DNA of 64,000 nt from Camelus ferus (taxonomy: Eukaryota). Under the pieces are notes generated by a model. It ran no database searches. It was given only the letters and a program-made list of their open reading frames with translations, and was not told where the DNA came from. The translations under genes and the position numbers were made by a program. This document shows, one piece after another, positions 1 through 13,310 of the stretch (within the stretch, counting starts at the first letter, position 1; each line of letters starts with the position of its first letter). The DNA lies in the NCBI RefSeq assembly GCF_009834535.1, contig NC_045715.1, positions 5,208,001 to 5,272,000 of the forward strand. Direction: 5' to 3'.

Positions 1-510
1 TGGTCTTTCCTCCCTGAAACCACAGGCTGCCTTTGGGAACCCATTTGCAGCCGTGGTTCACCTCAGCCTACCTCCCTTCACGGGCTGTGTGCGGCTGGGT
101 GAGTGTTTGAGTTAGGCGGAGTCTAGATAGCGCACACACCCAGGCGTTTATTTCTGTGCTGTTTCTACTTGAGTGGGGATGAGTAGTCATGACCTATTCC
201 AGGGGAACCGAGACGCCCCTGCCTTTGTGATGTGTCTCTGTGACCAGTTTAATTCCGCGTCTCCTGGTGTGTGTGTTGCTGGTACCAGGCTGTCCACCCA
301 CCACAACAGCACTTTTGATTCTTTTTGAAGAACTAAGGAAGACCCTTCAGACTCTTTTATTAGTGTTCCTGAATCCTTGAATTAATCGGAATCCGCCTTC
401 TGTGTCCCGAACAGCACTTAGTCGGGAGTCAGTAAGTATTTGTTACATGTGAGTGAGACGTTTGTATTTTTAACCTGTACCCTTAGCAGCTTTCTTATCC
501 AAAGAGTACA

Positions 511-988
511 CAGCAGTCCCCTCTTATCCATGAGTTCGCTTTTGAAGGGTTCAGTTACCAAGGTCAGCTGCCATTAGAAAATTATAGATGGAACATTCCA
601 TAAGTAAACAGTCCACAGGTTTCCTGTTGTGCTCCGTGCTCAGCAGTGTGGTGACACCTTGTTCCATCGCACCCGAGATGTGAATCTTCGCGTTGTGTTC
701 CGTGTGTTCTGCCTGACGGTGGAGTATCAGGTTGACGGTGGTGTCATCTTGGTGCTTGAGTTCAAGCCATCCTCCTTTTACTTAAGAACGGCCTCAACGT
801 GCACAAGGAGGGACGCTGGCCGTTTGGATGTTCTCTTGCGGTGCCTCACGTGTAAACTGAGCTTCATCGTAGGTGTGTCTGTGCAGGAAAGAGCGTAGTA
901 TACGTAGGGTTCCGTACTTGCCGTGTTTTAGGCGTCCACGGGGGAGCTTGGAACGTAACCACCACAGATGGGGGGTGGGGCTGACTAT
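511..988 (+). mobile_element. MER44/Tigger7-type non-autonomous TcMar-Tigger DNA transposon
   Basis: Starts cagcagtcccctcttatcc. Internal gtgcttgagttcaag..ttttacttaagaacggcc. Ends ggcgtccacgggggagcttggaacgt..gactatg. Resembles the recalled MER44 consensus. Confidence 0.7.
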
Positions 989-1066
989 GACACATTAGGT
1001 GACTGTCTTATTTGCCGCAAAGTTGTCATTAAAGCTACTTCCACTGCTGTTTCAGCCCCTTCTCTT

Positions 1067-1545
1067 GAATGCTTAGTACTCAATAGTCAGGAGACAGTTT
1101 GCATTCTATTTAATCCTCACCAGATTTCTATAACATGAGTACAGTCCCCCTGCGGGATCCATGGGGGCTTGGTCCCAGGATCCCCCAGGGGTATCAGCAT
1201 CCATGGATGCTCAAGTCCCTTTTATAAAATGACAGCATTAGCGTGTAACCTCCCTAGGGGACTTATAACACCCAATACGATGTAAATACTATGTAAAGAG
1301 TTGTAAACAGAATGGAAATGCTACGTAAACAGTTGCCAGTGTGCAGCAAATACAAGCTTTGCTGTTTGGAACTTCCTGGAGCTTCCCCCCACCCCAGTAT
1401 TTTCTATCCGTGGTTGGTTAGGTCTGTGGATGTGGAACCTGCAGATGTGGAGGGGCCGGCTGTACTGTTGTTACTCTCATTCCCACTCTGCCGTGAAGGA
1501 ACCGAGGCTCAGAAAGATTAAGTCACGTGGCCAGTACGTGGTGAG
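1067..1545 (-). mobile_element. MIR SINE split by a MER2 insertion
   Basis: atttaatcctcacc (about 1107) and gaaggaaccgaggctcagaaagattaagtcac (about 1495-1526) are the two halves of the MIR core either side of 1142-1462. Confidence 0.6.
1142..1462 (+). mobile_element. MER2/MER2B (Tigger family) MITE with TA target-site duplication
   Basis: TA|cagtccccc ... ggccggctg|TA. Internal ggatgctcaagtcccttttataaaatg and aatacgatgtaaatactatgtaaa match MER2. Confidence 0.8.
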
Positions 1546-1814
1546 CCCCTCGCTCCTTCGTCAGCACCACGCCGCGCTGTCTGCCGGCCACCAGGCCTGC
1601 GTGGTGTGGGCTGAGACTGTGAGCTGGTCCACTGTTACACTGTATTTGTACAGATTCAGACTTGGTGAGCACACGCGTGGCGCGTCGGCGGGGGTCGGGG
1701 TGGGGTTGGGGGCGTGCGTACAGCGGACAAAGCACAGTCTTGTCATCTCACAGGCCTGGCTCAGAATCCTAGTTCTGTCACCCACGGACGTAGCACATTA
1801 TTTCCCCCAGTCGC

Positions 1815-3230
1815 ATCTCATTGATTCATTTGTTCATTTAGCAAATGCTTACTGAGTGCCTGTCAAGTGCTAGGGACTGTGTGGGAGGATGCAGTTAAAT
1901 AAAAAACAGGCATGATGTCAGCCAAGGAGCTTCAGTGCTGACAATGATGGGCCGAGGTAAGTGACTGGAAGGAGAGAAGCTGTGAACCAGAACCAGGAGT
2001 TAATTCTGGGACAACCAGTGTCTGATCAAAGGCATGGCGGCAGCAAGTGAGGAACTTTTGAAGAACTGAAGGATGGGGCGTAGATGCAAAGTCTTAAGCA
2101 GCATTTGGGATTTTAACCTTCATCCCAGGAGCAGTGGGAGGCCCCTGAAAGGTTGAAAGTGACTGGTGGCGGGGGTGGGGGGAGGGCAGCTGACGTGATC
2201 AAGTACATATTTGAAAAAAAAACGCACCATGGGACTGGACAGAAGGGAGCGGGTGGAGTGGATGGGGAGCTGGTTCAGGGAGTGACTGTGGCAGGTGAGA
2301 AATGGTGGCTTGAATGGCTGAGAGGAGATGGAGAGAAGTGGGTGAACTTGAGAGCGATTTCAGAGGTGCACCGACAGGACCTGGTGATGGAGGAGACACG
2401 AGGGAGGTGGGGGGGGGCGCGTAGATGAGGACGCACTGGTTTCCAGCTTGCAGACCTGACAGAGGGAGAGTCACTCATTGAGGTAGAGAACGCTGGAAGC
2501 CCAAGACACTGGGTGGGTGGGAGATAGATTATTGTTTGGGTTGTGATCGTGTTGAGTTTGTGGTGTCTTGGAGCCATGCAGGGGAAATTGCTGAGCACGC
2601 CTTGGTGCTGGAGTTCTGGAGTGTGAAGGAGAGAGGTGGGGTAGGGACAGAACCTGGTGCCAGCAGTGTGTGCAGGTAACCGAAGCAGTGGGTGTCCATG
2701 AGCGTGCCCAGGGGATGAGTCCAGAGAGAGGGAGAGAAGGCGACAGAGCATGGAGGCTGCAGAAGAAACCGAGGAGCAGCCTGGAGGTCAGGGGAAAACC
2801 AAGGGCACTGAGAAGAGGGTGTGCCGAGAAGGAGGCAGTGGTGAATGGCTTCAAATGCTGCTGAGAGATCACAGGACGAGAACTTAAAATTGTCCATTGA
2901 GGTTTGCCACGTGGAGGTCCTTGATTCCTGAGATTCATTTGATGGATGGATGCGGGCAAAAGTCAAACTGGGGTGAGTGAGCGTGAAAAGAAGAATCAAG
3001 AAAATGTAGACATGGTCCAGACAACTTTCATGAAATCTGGGTTGAAGTGGAGGAGAGGGGTAGGTCTGCACAGGAGAGGGGGGAACGCAGAGGGGAGTTT
3101 GTGTGGTTGCACTGTGGAGAGAGGCGTGTGTTTAAGTTGTCCCTGGGGAGGACCTAGGTGAGGGGGAGTGGCTGACTCTACAAGGGAAAGATTAGGTGAT
3201 GGAGAGGATACAGTGGAAATGTCTCTCTCG
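1815..3230 (-). mobile_element. L2 LINE remnant (3' end plus decayed ORF2/RT)
   Basis: L2 3' signature tcattgattcatttgttcatttagcaaatgcttactgagtgcc. Minus-strand translation SCDLSAAFEAIHHCLLL resembles the L2/CR1 RT motif LDLSAAFDTVDH. Confidence 0.8.
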
Positions 3231-4545
3231 TAAGATAACTATGAAAATTAAATGGGATCGCATGTTAGTTCTCAAAACAATTGTTGTTCTCACCCCTTGT
3301 GCTGTTACACATTTTTATTGGATTCTAAGCTTCCATCTTTCTGGTCTGAAAAGTTCTATTTTTATTTGATTCCTCTTTGCCACTTACTTCCTTTAGGTAG
3401 AAAAATGGTTTCTTTCAATGTTCATTCTTTCTAATCTTTTTTCTTCCTCCTAAATTCAGAATTTTTTATTGTCCAGTAAGTGGATATAAACATTATTTAG
3501 CAAGGTGGGTAAGCCATCTAGTATGTCATATGAAATTTTTAGTTGCCTTTATTTCTAACCTTCACACTCAGCAATGCATGTCACGTGATAAAATGTTCTT
3601 TCCTCCGTCCCAACTTCCTTTGGTGATTGTTGACATTTTTTGCGTTTCATCACTAGATGTGTGACTCATCTTCCTGTATCTCCTCCTGTTTATTATCTAA
3701 GTCAGTCTCTTTTTTAAAAAGGAAATATGAGCGTTAGTAATCTTCAGTGCCAATTTCTTTTAAAATGAATTGGCCATCTTCAAGTATAGCGCTGTGGGTC
3801 TGGTGTATGTGTCTGGAGTGTGTGTTCGGATCATGTGCTAGTAACATGTTTAAACTGTTGTCACAAGGATTTATTGCATAATAGAGCTTTTCTGTGCCAG
3901 GATACATTTTTTAAAATTTATGCCTCAACGCAGATATTTTCCCCAGGGTTCTTGTTCCCCCTTCTCATGGACACATTTGGTGAAATTCGCTTTTTCTGGG
4001 AAGGTCCTTTGAACTTTAGATGACAGCGTTTGCTACGGGCGTGGGGGAAGATCAAACAGAAGAGAAGGAAGCGGAGTGAGTTGATCTTGGAAGAAGTGGG
4101 AGAAATCTTCTTACTGCACAGTAGGACGCTAGCCCTGAGCTTACAGGAACAGCAGAGGGAAGGAGGGACCCGCTGTCCCCACAGGGACGGGTGGCTTCCT
4201 ACCTCGGATCTCCAGTCCCATGGCCACTTCCTCCTTCCCGGGCTCCAAAATGTGCTGAGGAAGTGGAGGAGGGTTTCGTTTTTTATTACGGTTGGAGCTG
4301 GACTTTTCAGCGCAGGAAGGGGAGGCCCCTAGTACCATCTACCACCTACTCAGAGAAGGAATCACTGATACTTTCCTGCCAAACCAAGAGAGGTAGTCAT
4401 GGAGACGAGAGAGTTTAGGTGAATTCTGGAGGAAACAGATTTCCCCCCTGGACACCTGTTCCGGGCAGCTGGAGGAGGGCCGTTGAGGGTTAAGACCGTG
4501 GTGGTATACCAGATAGCCTTCTGTGATGATCTGTTTTCCGTATTT

Positions 4546-4723
4546 TCTGTTTAATGTTTTTGAAAATATTTTATTTATTTAAAAAATTGTTTATTTTGTT
4601 TGGGGGAGGAGGTAATTAGGTTTATTCAATTGCTTATTTATTTTAATGGAGGAGCTGGGATTTGAACTCAGGACCTTGTAGGTGCTAAGCACACACTCTA
4701 CCACTGAGCTATGCTCCCCCTCC
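4546..4723 (-). mobile_element. Camelid tRNA-derived SINE (vic-1-like), long-tail form, copy 1
   Basis: Reverse complement reads gcatagctcagtggtagagtgtgtgcttagcacctacaaggtcctgagttcaaatccc (A/B boxes) plus the aataaacctaattacc tail. Near-TSD ttccgtattt (4536) / ttcagtattt (4724). Confidence 0.85.
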
Positions 4724-5307
4724 TTCAGTATTTATATAAAAACAGTGCTTGTCTCCTACCCCTGATGCTACAGAGGGAGAGAGGCTAACAGGCTTACTGG
4801 GTTTGGCACCCTTCAAATAAATGTTTAAACAAATGCAAGGCATTATTGCTGTAGTTGACACAACAATAGCGCTTCAAGAGTGATGCTCAATTGGCTTGTT
4901 TCTCTTCATTTCTCTTCATGGGTCGCAGCCCTGAGTCCTTGTTAGGAGCCTCCTTGGTAAATGAGAGAAGGGGTCTTTGTGTCTGAAATTCAGAATTGCC
5001 ACTTCGTAAAATTGGTGTGTTTATTATGATTTTATAGCGCGATTGTCTCTTTGAGAGGCGGTGAGTGGGGAAAGTCCTCTGTAGCTGATGGGGGCGGGGT
5101 GGAGGTGGGAGGAGGGCGCCTCTTTTGCGTTCAACCCCAGTTGCATCTCAAGCTATGAAAGGAATAAACAGGGGGTGCAACGCAGCAATCTTCTTCGACT
5201 CCTCCCCTGCCTGCTGCTGGCAGAGGCGTGAGGAACAGCCTCATACTTTGCTGTGTCTTGCAGGCTGCTCTTGCCTGAAAACATAGTCTGTTTGTGGAGG
5301 GGAAGGA

Positions 5308-5495
5308 NNNNNNNNNNNNNNNNNNNNNNNNNNNNNNNNNNNNNNNNNNNNNNNNNNNNNNNNNNNNNNNNNNNNNNNNNNNNNNNNNNNNNNNNNNNNN
5401 NNNNNNNNNNNNNNNNNNNNNNNNNNNNNNNNNNNNNNNNNNNNNNNNNNNNNNNNNNNNNNNNNNNNNNNNNNNNNNNNNNNNNNNNNNNNNNN
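5308..5495. other. Assembly gap (188 N)
   Basis: Run of N. Confidence 0.99.
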
Positions 5496-8363
5496 TCAGA
5501 CCCCGAACCTTGATTTTAAAAAAAAAATCTCTGCAATTGAAGCCAAGGGAACTATGCAGAAAGCTTCTTTACCCTGTTGTTCGTGAAGGGGCCCCAAGGA
5601 GTCCCGGAAGGGCACAGAGCAGAAGCCCCGGCTTCCCAGCGGAGGGAGAGCAGGTCCACGTGGGTCTGGCTCTTTAAACTCCACCCACGATGAGATGGTG
5701 TTACCAGGTTGTCAAGTGTTCTCTGCATTTTTCCTTCTCTGGGGCTTGATGCTCGGTGGCTGCCGGGAAAACTGGACGGTCCCCCTGTCTTAGCACCTCT
5801 GGGCACGCCTTTCCTCTGCCTGGCTGGGAACATCGCAGAGGGCTGATTGCCTTGGGTGCCGGCAACGCAGTCGGAGTGCTGTTTCTGAAAGACGAGGTCC
5901 CTTTAAAACTTCAGGCTCAGGCTTAGAGAATTCTGGTCGTGTGCTACAGATGTTTTACAGTTTATTTCCAAACAGCTGCTTTTCCCTTCTTTAGTCTGTT
6001 TTTCTCTTTTTTTTTCCCCTCAAATAAAATCCCTCCGGAAACCTTTCAGCTCACATCCTTGGCAACGCTTCCTTAGAAAAGGCCCTCTCGCTGCGCGGGG
6101 CGGCACGCACCTGAGCAGCACCTGCTGCTGCAGGCCGGCTGTCGGCTCAGCAGGTCGCCGTTCCCTGAGTGAGGGGTGAATGTGTGCCTGTCTCACAAAC
6201 CTCTGGGGATTCAATCAGCCTGGGACACACAGTCCCCCAGGGACAAGGGAGCCCTCCAGTGCACTTCAGGAGGCAATCCCCAGAGGAAAAGGAAAAGCAA
6301 TGATTTATAATGCATAACACTCACGCAGAGCGTCAGGCAGAAGAGCCCTGTGCAGGCGACCCAGTTCAGGGGTCAAAGGAAGGATTTCCTTGAGGGGCCA
6401 CCAATTTGACAGGCTGTCCCTCTTCGAAGTCCACCAGCTACCCTTCCAGGTAGGAAAAACAGGAATAATTAAGAACCACAGACAATTCCCAAATCTTGGT
6501 GATGGCTCTCACAGCCGCCTTTCCTGGTCCCTTTTCCCGGAGCTGCCACATGGAGCTTTAGTGGGCTAATCTGAGTTCGCCTCCTTCTGTTCCCTTTTCA
6601 CTGATCCCCTGAGGATAATGAGAGAAGGAAAAGTCCAGTGGAAGAGGGAGGCGCTGGGGAGTCAGGAGTCAGGAGTTTGGGAAATCGGTCCTTGAATAGC
6701 TCGCGAAGTGTGGATCAGCTCTTAGTCCAAGGGAGTTGTGTTGCCTTGTCCTCTTGCCAGCTGTGCATATGCAGAGACACCATCTGTGTTGAAAACCGTG
6801 CATGGATCTCTGAAAAGAGTCCACACTGAGTCCATGTCTGAGATGGAGTTACACCTCAAAAACAGTTATCAAGTGTTTAAGGATGAGGTGCTGCGAAGCC
6901 AAGAGAGTAAAAACAATCCATGAAGGCGTGTTTGGCCAGCTCTCAAAAATCTTAGACACTTGCAACACAGTCCTTGGCTCGGATGCTGGATTTTTCCCAT
7001 TCATGCGCTTTTTTGACAGATGAATTGTTGCAGGCTGCGAAAAAGCTCTGAGAGGAATCTGCCAGACTCCTCACTCACTCAGAGCCGGGGATCTCTTTCC
7101 TTGCAGCCCCGTGGACAAAGCAAGGGCCTGTCTGCCTTGTGCAGTGAGCCGTGTGGCCACTTTCTGGCTCTGTCTGAAAGGGTCAAGTCCTCATTCAACT
7201 CTGGCATATTTGTGTGTTGGGTTGGAATGAAGACTCTCAATTTAGTAAATATTCGACACTGATAGAACTTTTCTGGAATTCGTGTTTCTTAACTCCTATG
7301 GAATGTTTATTACTTTCATTATGGTAATAATGAGATGGCTTACCCACCATCCCATTAATCACTTGAGCTTGGCATTTCCCTTCTAGAGTTTGCCTTGCTT
7401 TTCTCCGACGGGTGGGCTCACGTTTCTGTCTGGCGTGTTTTATCCACCTTCTGGGTTGCTGACTATGATGGACTGATTCTTTTTCTTCAAAAAAGTCATT
7501 TTGATAAAACTACATTGAGCTGTTTCACACGTAGCTTCCTTCACCCCACATGCAGTAAGTGTGACATGGTGGCAATAATAGAAACGGATGCTTCATGTTC
7601 AGCCACAAGAGTGGGCAGCCCCTCGTGCATGGGGAGTTCTTGCCCAAGCCTAGAGTACGTTTCTGGGATCAGTGGAGAAGGATTCAATCAGTTGAATTTA
7701 GACCTTCAGGTATTCTTGGCTGGAGCAGCTCAGAGGCAGTAAGTTGAGGGCACGGGAAAAAGAAGAGTCATCATTTGCACCTAATATAGAAAGGACTGGG
7801 GGTCACGTGTAGTCCTCCCAGCTGGACCCTACATATACTAGGAGTGACTTCAACTTCAAAGAAGAAACATGGCATATCCTACTGTATGTACATATTGTAC
7901 ATGGTACAAAATGGGGGAATGATTAGTCACATGCTCCAGATACTGGCCTCCGTGTATACGTAAAGAAACTATAAACCCCTTCCCACATTTTTAAGCCAAC
8001 AATGAAAATTCCTAATCAATTTGAACAGTTTTAAAGGTCCATTGTGACAATGTATATCTGCTTTAAATATATTTTCATCACAACGTGGAAGTTGGGGATT
8101 TTCACACTGGGAAACCGTCCACCATTATAAAACAAACAGTGGCAAAACCAGTCCTCATGATAAAACAGATCCAGCGAATCAGAAGTGGTCACTGTGGTTT
8201 GGTTTTTTTTTCCCCAATTTAAGTCAACATATGTCTTCAAACCACTATCTGACTTCTGAATTTAAAGTCTAAAATATATAGATCAGAAAGGCAGGGACCT
8301 TGCAATGAATCTGTCACCTGGGGAAATAAGATCCCCCCACCATTATTATATCCTCTCTCTCTG

Positions 8364-8469
8364 TTTTATTTTTTAAAAAAATGTTTTTTATTGAGTTATA
8401 GTCAGTTTACAATGTTATGTCAGTTTCTGGTGTACAGTACAGTTTTTCATTCATACGTGAATATACATA
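8364..8469 (-). mobile_element. Short 5'-truncated L1 3' end
   Basis: ttgagttatagtcagtttacaatgttatgtcagtttctggtgtacag, the same L1 terminus as at 46000-46239, with a T-rich tail on the left. Confidence 0.8.
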
Positions 8470-10697
8470 CCTCTCTTGGTTTTAAAGGGAAGTTTTCTGT
8501 ACTTTTCTCTCCAGGTCTCTCCCTCAGGAGTACATTCTTGAATGACTCTTGTTCGTTGGCACCCCAGACGTTTCTACACCCTTGTCAATGTGCTTCAAGA
8601 TTCTGGAGGGGAGAGAAGGCAGGGGAGGTAGGAAAGGAGAACCAGCATAATCTCAGGCTCACTGGGTTTAGGAAAGAATTCATATGGAAACTTGAGGTTC
8701 TGGAAATGTAATCTACTTTTAAAAACCATCCATGCTTATGCCCTCTCCAGAAAATCTCTGTCACACCCCCTCCACCCAGGGGTTTGCGGACCCCAGTTGG
8801 GAGATGACCGATTTAGAGCACGTGACTCTTAGTAGCCATCTGTGTAGAGAGAAAGGTCAAGGAAAAGGGCCTTCATGAACACTGTGGAAAATAAAGTAAC
8901 CGGAGCATAGATGGAAGTTTAAAAATAGGTAGTAAAGTGCAAAGAAGATGAGATACATGAGGTTGTAGTTCACACGGTCCCTTGAATGGAAAATGCAGGG
9001 ATATGAAGTTACGGGGGAGATGGACGGACAGACAGGCTGGCAGATACTCCTGTCTCAGAGGGTAGCTTGCTCCTTGGCGGCCAGTTCCAAAGTGTCTTAA
9101 CAGCTTCCCTTCTGGAAGTGCTCTGGGCTGGTCATCACTTCCCAGCTTGTAGGATTTCTTCAGAGACTCTCCCTGCTGGACTTTTGACAATGACCCTCTA
9201 TCTTTTCAAGTTACAGGAGGTTCTTGAGGGCCTCTTCTAACCCTGGCCAGTCTTCAGGGGCCTCACCGGACCTGGGGGTGTTGCTCTCACACCCTCCGAC
9301 TGGCCCGGGTGGGGGCTGCCGGGCTGGCCTGTGTCCTGTATCCTTTGCTTTCTCAGTGTCGCCAGTGCTGGAGGCTTTGCTCCGTGTTTGTCAGCTTGTC
9401 ACGTGGGGTCATTCCTTCTGTCTGTGCTTCTGAGCAATGCTCTGAGTTCCAGAGGCTGCAAGTATTTTACCAGTCGCCTCACTCAGCCGGGGTTCTGAAC
9501 CTGGCCCACTTGCGGTGACGCTGGCTGAGGACCACGCAGGCACAGCTGTTCCTACTGGGGTGTGCGCATGTGTTGATGTGTGTGTGTGTGTGTCTGTTCA
9601 CGTTTGTTTTCAAGCGTTTTCTTCCCATGGTCCCCTCCTCCTGCCCCTTCGATGTTGGGGGAACTTTCCTAGCATCTGGCAGCGAGCATCAAGTCGATGC
9701 TGTTTGCATCGGTCAGTGTTCATCATGGTCCTTGAGGCCTTTGCTGTAAAAACAGAACAAAAGCCACCCAGTTCCTTTCTCAATGCCTGTAAGATGCCAG
9801 TGCTTCTCCAAATACTTCTTCCTGCAGGTTTTCCTGCCTCCACATGTTTAAGCTTCTCTGAGGAACGGCTCTTCCTTTTTACCTTCTGTCACATGGAAAA
9901 GCTCTAATGCCTTCTGTGCCCCGTTCCAGCTCTACCCGGATCCTCAGATTCATTGATCTTCCTCCCTCTTCCCAGGTTCAGATCCACTTTTCTGCAGGCT
10001 CCTTCCCTGGGGCTTGAAACATGCCTATGGCCATCTGCCCTTCCCAGAAAACCTCCTGGCCTGCCCTCCCCTCCACCAGCGCACCGTCTCCTCTCACCTT
10101 CCCATCCCTCCCTCCCTCCACTGACACCCCTGTCTGGCTGCTTCCCATCAGAGGAGGGGGGCCTTAGACACATCACCCCTCTGTGTGCACAGCCACTCCC
10201 GCCACCCAGCGAGGCTGCTCTGCCGCGTCCTCTTGGCTGTCTCTCCTCCCCTCTGGGAGGCATCGGCTTCCCCTGGCTTCTGTGCTGCGTGCTCTTGGTC
10301 GTTCCTCTGCTCTTTCTGCCTCCCCGCCTCCCTCTGTCCATCCTTACAGACGGCTTACATATTAGTTCTTTGGGCCCCGCCCTTGGCCCTCTTCACCACT
10401 TCTCGCTCTTTGTGGCAACTTCACCTTCTCCCAGGGTTTCACGTTGTCACTGAGCTGATGTCTGTTAAGTCTGCATTTCTAACCCAGAGCTAACTCACTC
10501 ACTCTCTCTCCAGACCCTCCTAACTGCCCTCCAAAGATCACCCCTTGAAAGTCCCAGGAGCCCCTCAAATTCGACATGCCAGTTCCGTTCTTAAGCACAT
10601 GGGGGAAATATCACCATTGTCTCCCTCTGGGACTTCCAGGAAATTCTCCTTGTTTCTTCCAGCCACCCATGGGACCATATCCGCTCTGCTACGCACA

Positions 10698-10712
10698 CCA
10701 CCAGGGGGCGCT
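10698..10712 (+). promoter_or_regulatory. CTCF core motif, forward orientation
   Basis: CCACCAGGGGGCGCT is identical to the canonical CTCF core consensus. Motif evidence only, no binding data. Confidence 0.7.
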
Positions 10713-11879
10713 CCGTGGGGGTTGTTGCCTCCTAGGGCTCCAGAGGGAAACAAACGCCTGGATCTCCAGGCCCAGCTGCAAGCCCTAGCATCCTCAGCCC
10801 CGCGCTCTGCCCCAGGCAAAGGCCTGTCCTCGGAGGCTCATGTCAGAGTCCATCCTTTGGCTCTTTTCTCTCGCTCTTTGTGTCCCATGACTTGGAAATT
10901 TCCTTTCGGGCATCCAGGAGAGAGCAGAGGGAGCCTGGCTCAGCCCCTGTTCATTCTATCAAAACTCTTTACAGAAGGATTTTGACTTTTGAAATTGAAA
11001 GACCAAGAGGTGGGCTGTCTTGTCCTCATGCTCTCCTATAATGATTTTTCTGAAATACTGGACTGACTTATGTCAACAGTGGCTCTAGTGTCCCAGGTGG
11101 AAAAAGGTCACAGGGCAAAAAGAAGTCTGGGAAGGGGCATGGGGGGCAGGAACACTTTAGCTGAAACCTCACAGTGAATTCCGCCACGTCAGCCTGCAGT
11201 CCCAGGCTGACGGCGTGGAAATGAGAGCAGAGTCAAGGACCTGTCCTCTGCTCATGGCCCTGAGCCGTAGGGCAGGGGCGTGGACACAGGTTGCTCTCGC
11301 TGTGCCTGCCGTTCATAAGAGGAGACCAGGAGGAAGCATGCTTTTCCAGGGACACCTGCCACAGGGTGAAAGGGCCATTTGCAGGAGGCTCTCCTTCCTC
11401 ACAGAGAACAGCTTCTAGCCTCAGATGCCAGCACTGTCTGGGGAAACAGAGTCCTTTTCAGGGAGCAGTTATGTCTTCTCAGTATGTATTAAACTGCAAA
11501 ATAGCTTAACAACGGCCCAGTTAAAGAAAAGAACCCACCGTGTTGAACATCTCTTTGCTGGGTGCTCCTGGCGAGCTGCCCCTCGGTGCGGGGGTGGTGG
11601 GCACGGTGGGGGTGAGCACGGCTGCTGGGCCAGAGCCTCTCACGGGCAGAAACAGGCGGGAGACTCACGTGCACGCAGCCTGGGATGTTGAAAGAGGTTG
11701 GCTCCAGGGGCAGCAGAAACCCCACGGAAGGGCCCTGGAGCAGTCCGATGTGGTTGGTGCAGGTTCCCTGAGGACAGAGTCAGGTCCGAAGGAAGGAGGA
11801 GTTGGCCCAGGAGACGGGCTGGGGGATGTGACGGGCGGCGAGGGGGATTCCGGATGGAGGAGGTGGAGGAGCGGGGCTG

Positions 11880-13310
11880 CGGTTGAGGGTGAGGTAGCCC
11901 AGCTGTCTCAGGAATCTCCAACACGTGGCTCAACAGGGAGGCAGGGTCCTGGCCACTAAGGGCCAATTGGTCCTGAAGCCACTTAGATCCAGTCCTATAG
12001 GGGATGACAAGCCACTGAGAGAATTTAATCAGGAGTGATGTGACCAGGTGCACCGCGGGGCGGCAGTGAGGAGGATGCATGGGAGAGAACTTCACGATGA
12101 GAAGCAGAGGCGAGGTGTGACAGGGTGGAGAACAGGAGACAAATGCAGAGGACACCAGGGGAGTCACACTGGTGGGACTTGGCACTGACTGGGAGGGGGA
12201 GGGGGAGGGGAGCAAGCAGGGTGTTGACGCTGACCCCAGAAGCCTGTCTTGGGTGTGTGGATGGAGGTGGTGCCTCTGAATGAGGCAGGCGATGAGGACT
12301 GCCGTCCGGGTTCTCCAGAGAAACAGAACCAACAGGATATATCCTGGGTTTGTATGTTTATATAAATTCATATATTATATATTTACTTATTAACATTATG
12401 AGTCATAAATACATTTTAAACTTAGACAATTTGTTATGAGGAATTGGCTTGAGCAATTATGAGATGGAAAGGTCCCAGGGTCTATAAGCTGGAGACCCAG
12501 GCAAGCTGATGGAATAACTCAGTCTGAGTCCGAAGGTCTGAGAACCAGAGGAACCAATGGTGTAAACCCCAGATGAGGGTAGAGGAAGATGAGATATCCC
12601 AGCTCAAGCAAGGACGCAGGGAAAAAAGGGGCGGATTCCTCCTTCCTCCTCCTTTTGTCTTTTCAGACCCTCAGCAGGCTGGTGTCGCCCGCTCACACCG
12701 GCAGGACCATCTCCCTCACTGAGTCTGCTGGGTTCAGGTGCTGTCTCATCCAGAAACAGCTTCATAGATAAAGCCAGAAACAGTGTTGAATCTGGAGACT
12801 CCGTGGCTCGTCAAGTTGACACACAAAATTAGCCACCGCAAGGAGGAACAGGGGGTTGAGGCAGGGGAAGATGGTGAGGTCATTTGGAAACAGATTGAGT
12901 TGGGAGTACCCTTGGGATGTACTGAGCAGGCAGTGGGAATCAAGTCAGTCACTTGTCTGAAAGGGCAAGTCTCGAAGCGCAGGACGCGGAGCCTGCGGCA
13001 CAGAGTGATGGCTGACACCACGGAATGGAAGTGATTGCCCAGGGAGAGGGTGGAGGGTGAAGACAGAGCGCTTCCTGGGGGAGATGGAGATGCAGGTGGG
13101 AGAGGAGGGTCCTGGGAAGGAGGCAAAAAGAATCGGGAGTGCATGGGATCTAAAAGCCAAGGAGACCGTATTCAGGAAGGAGAGCAGGCAGGGTCTGCAG
13201 AGAGGCCTTGAAGGAGGAAGACAGAAGAGGGCCATCTGGGTGGCCAGTAGGGAGCTGAGTGGTGACCAGAGGGAGGAATACTTGGCCGACTTACCACGGA
13301 TGCAGCCAGA
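11880..13310 (-). mobile_element. L2 LINE remnant interrupted by the MLT2 LTR
   Basis: Minus translation LIKFSQWLVIPYRTGSKWL resembles the L2 ORF2 C-terminus (LQWLPIALRIKSKLL). L2-like sequence resumes after 12840. Confidence 0.65.
12299..12840 (-). mobile_element. MLT2B-like ERVL solo LTR
   Basis: gggttctccagagaaacagaaccaacagg ... gtcaagttgacacacaaaattagccaccgca match the MLT2 termini. Confidence 0.85.

Noticed and set aside
11640-12371. Longest ORF in the track (243 aa, minus strand)
   Set aside because: It overlaps decayed L2 ORF2 sequence and GC-rich DNA with few stops. It shows no coherent protein family beyond the L2 fragment.
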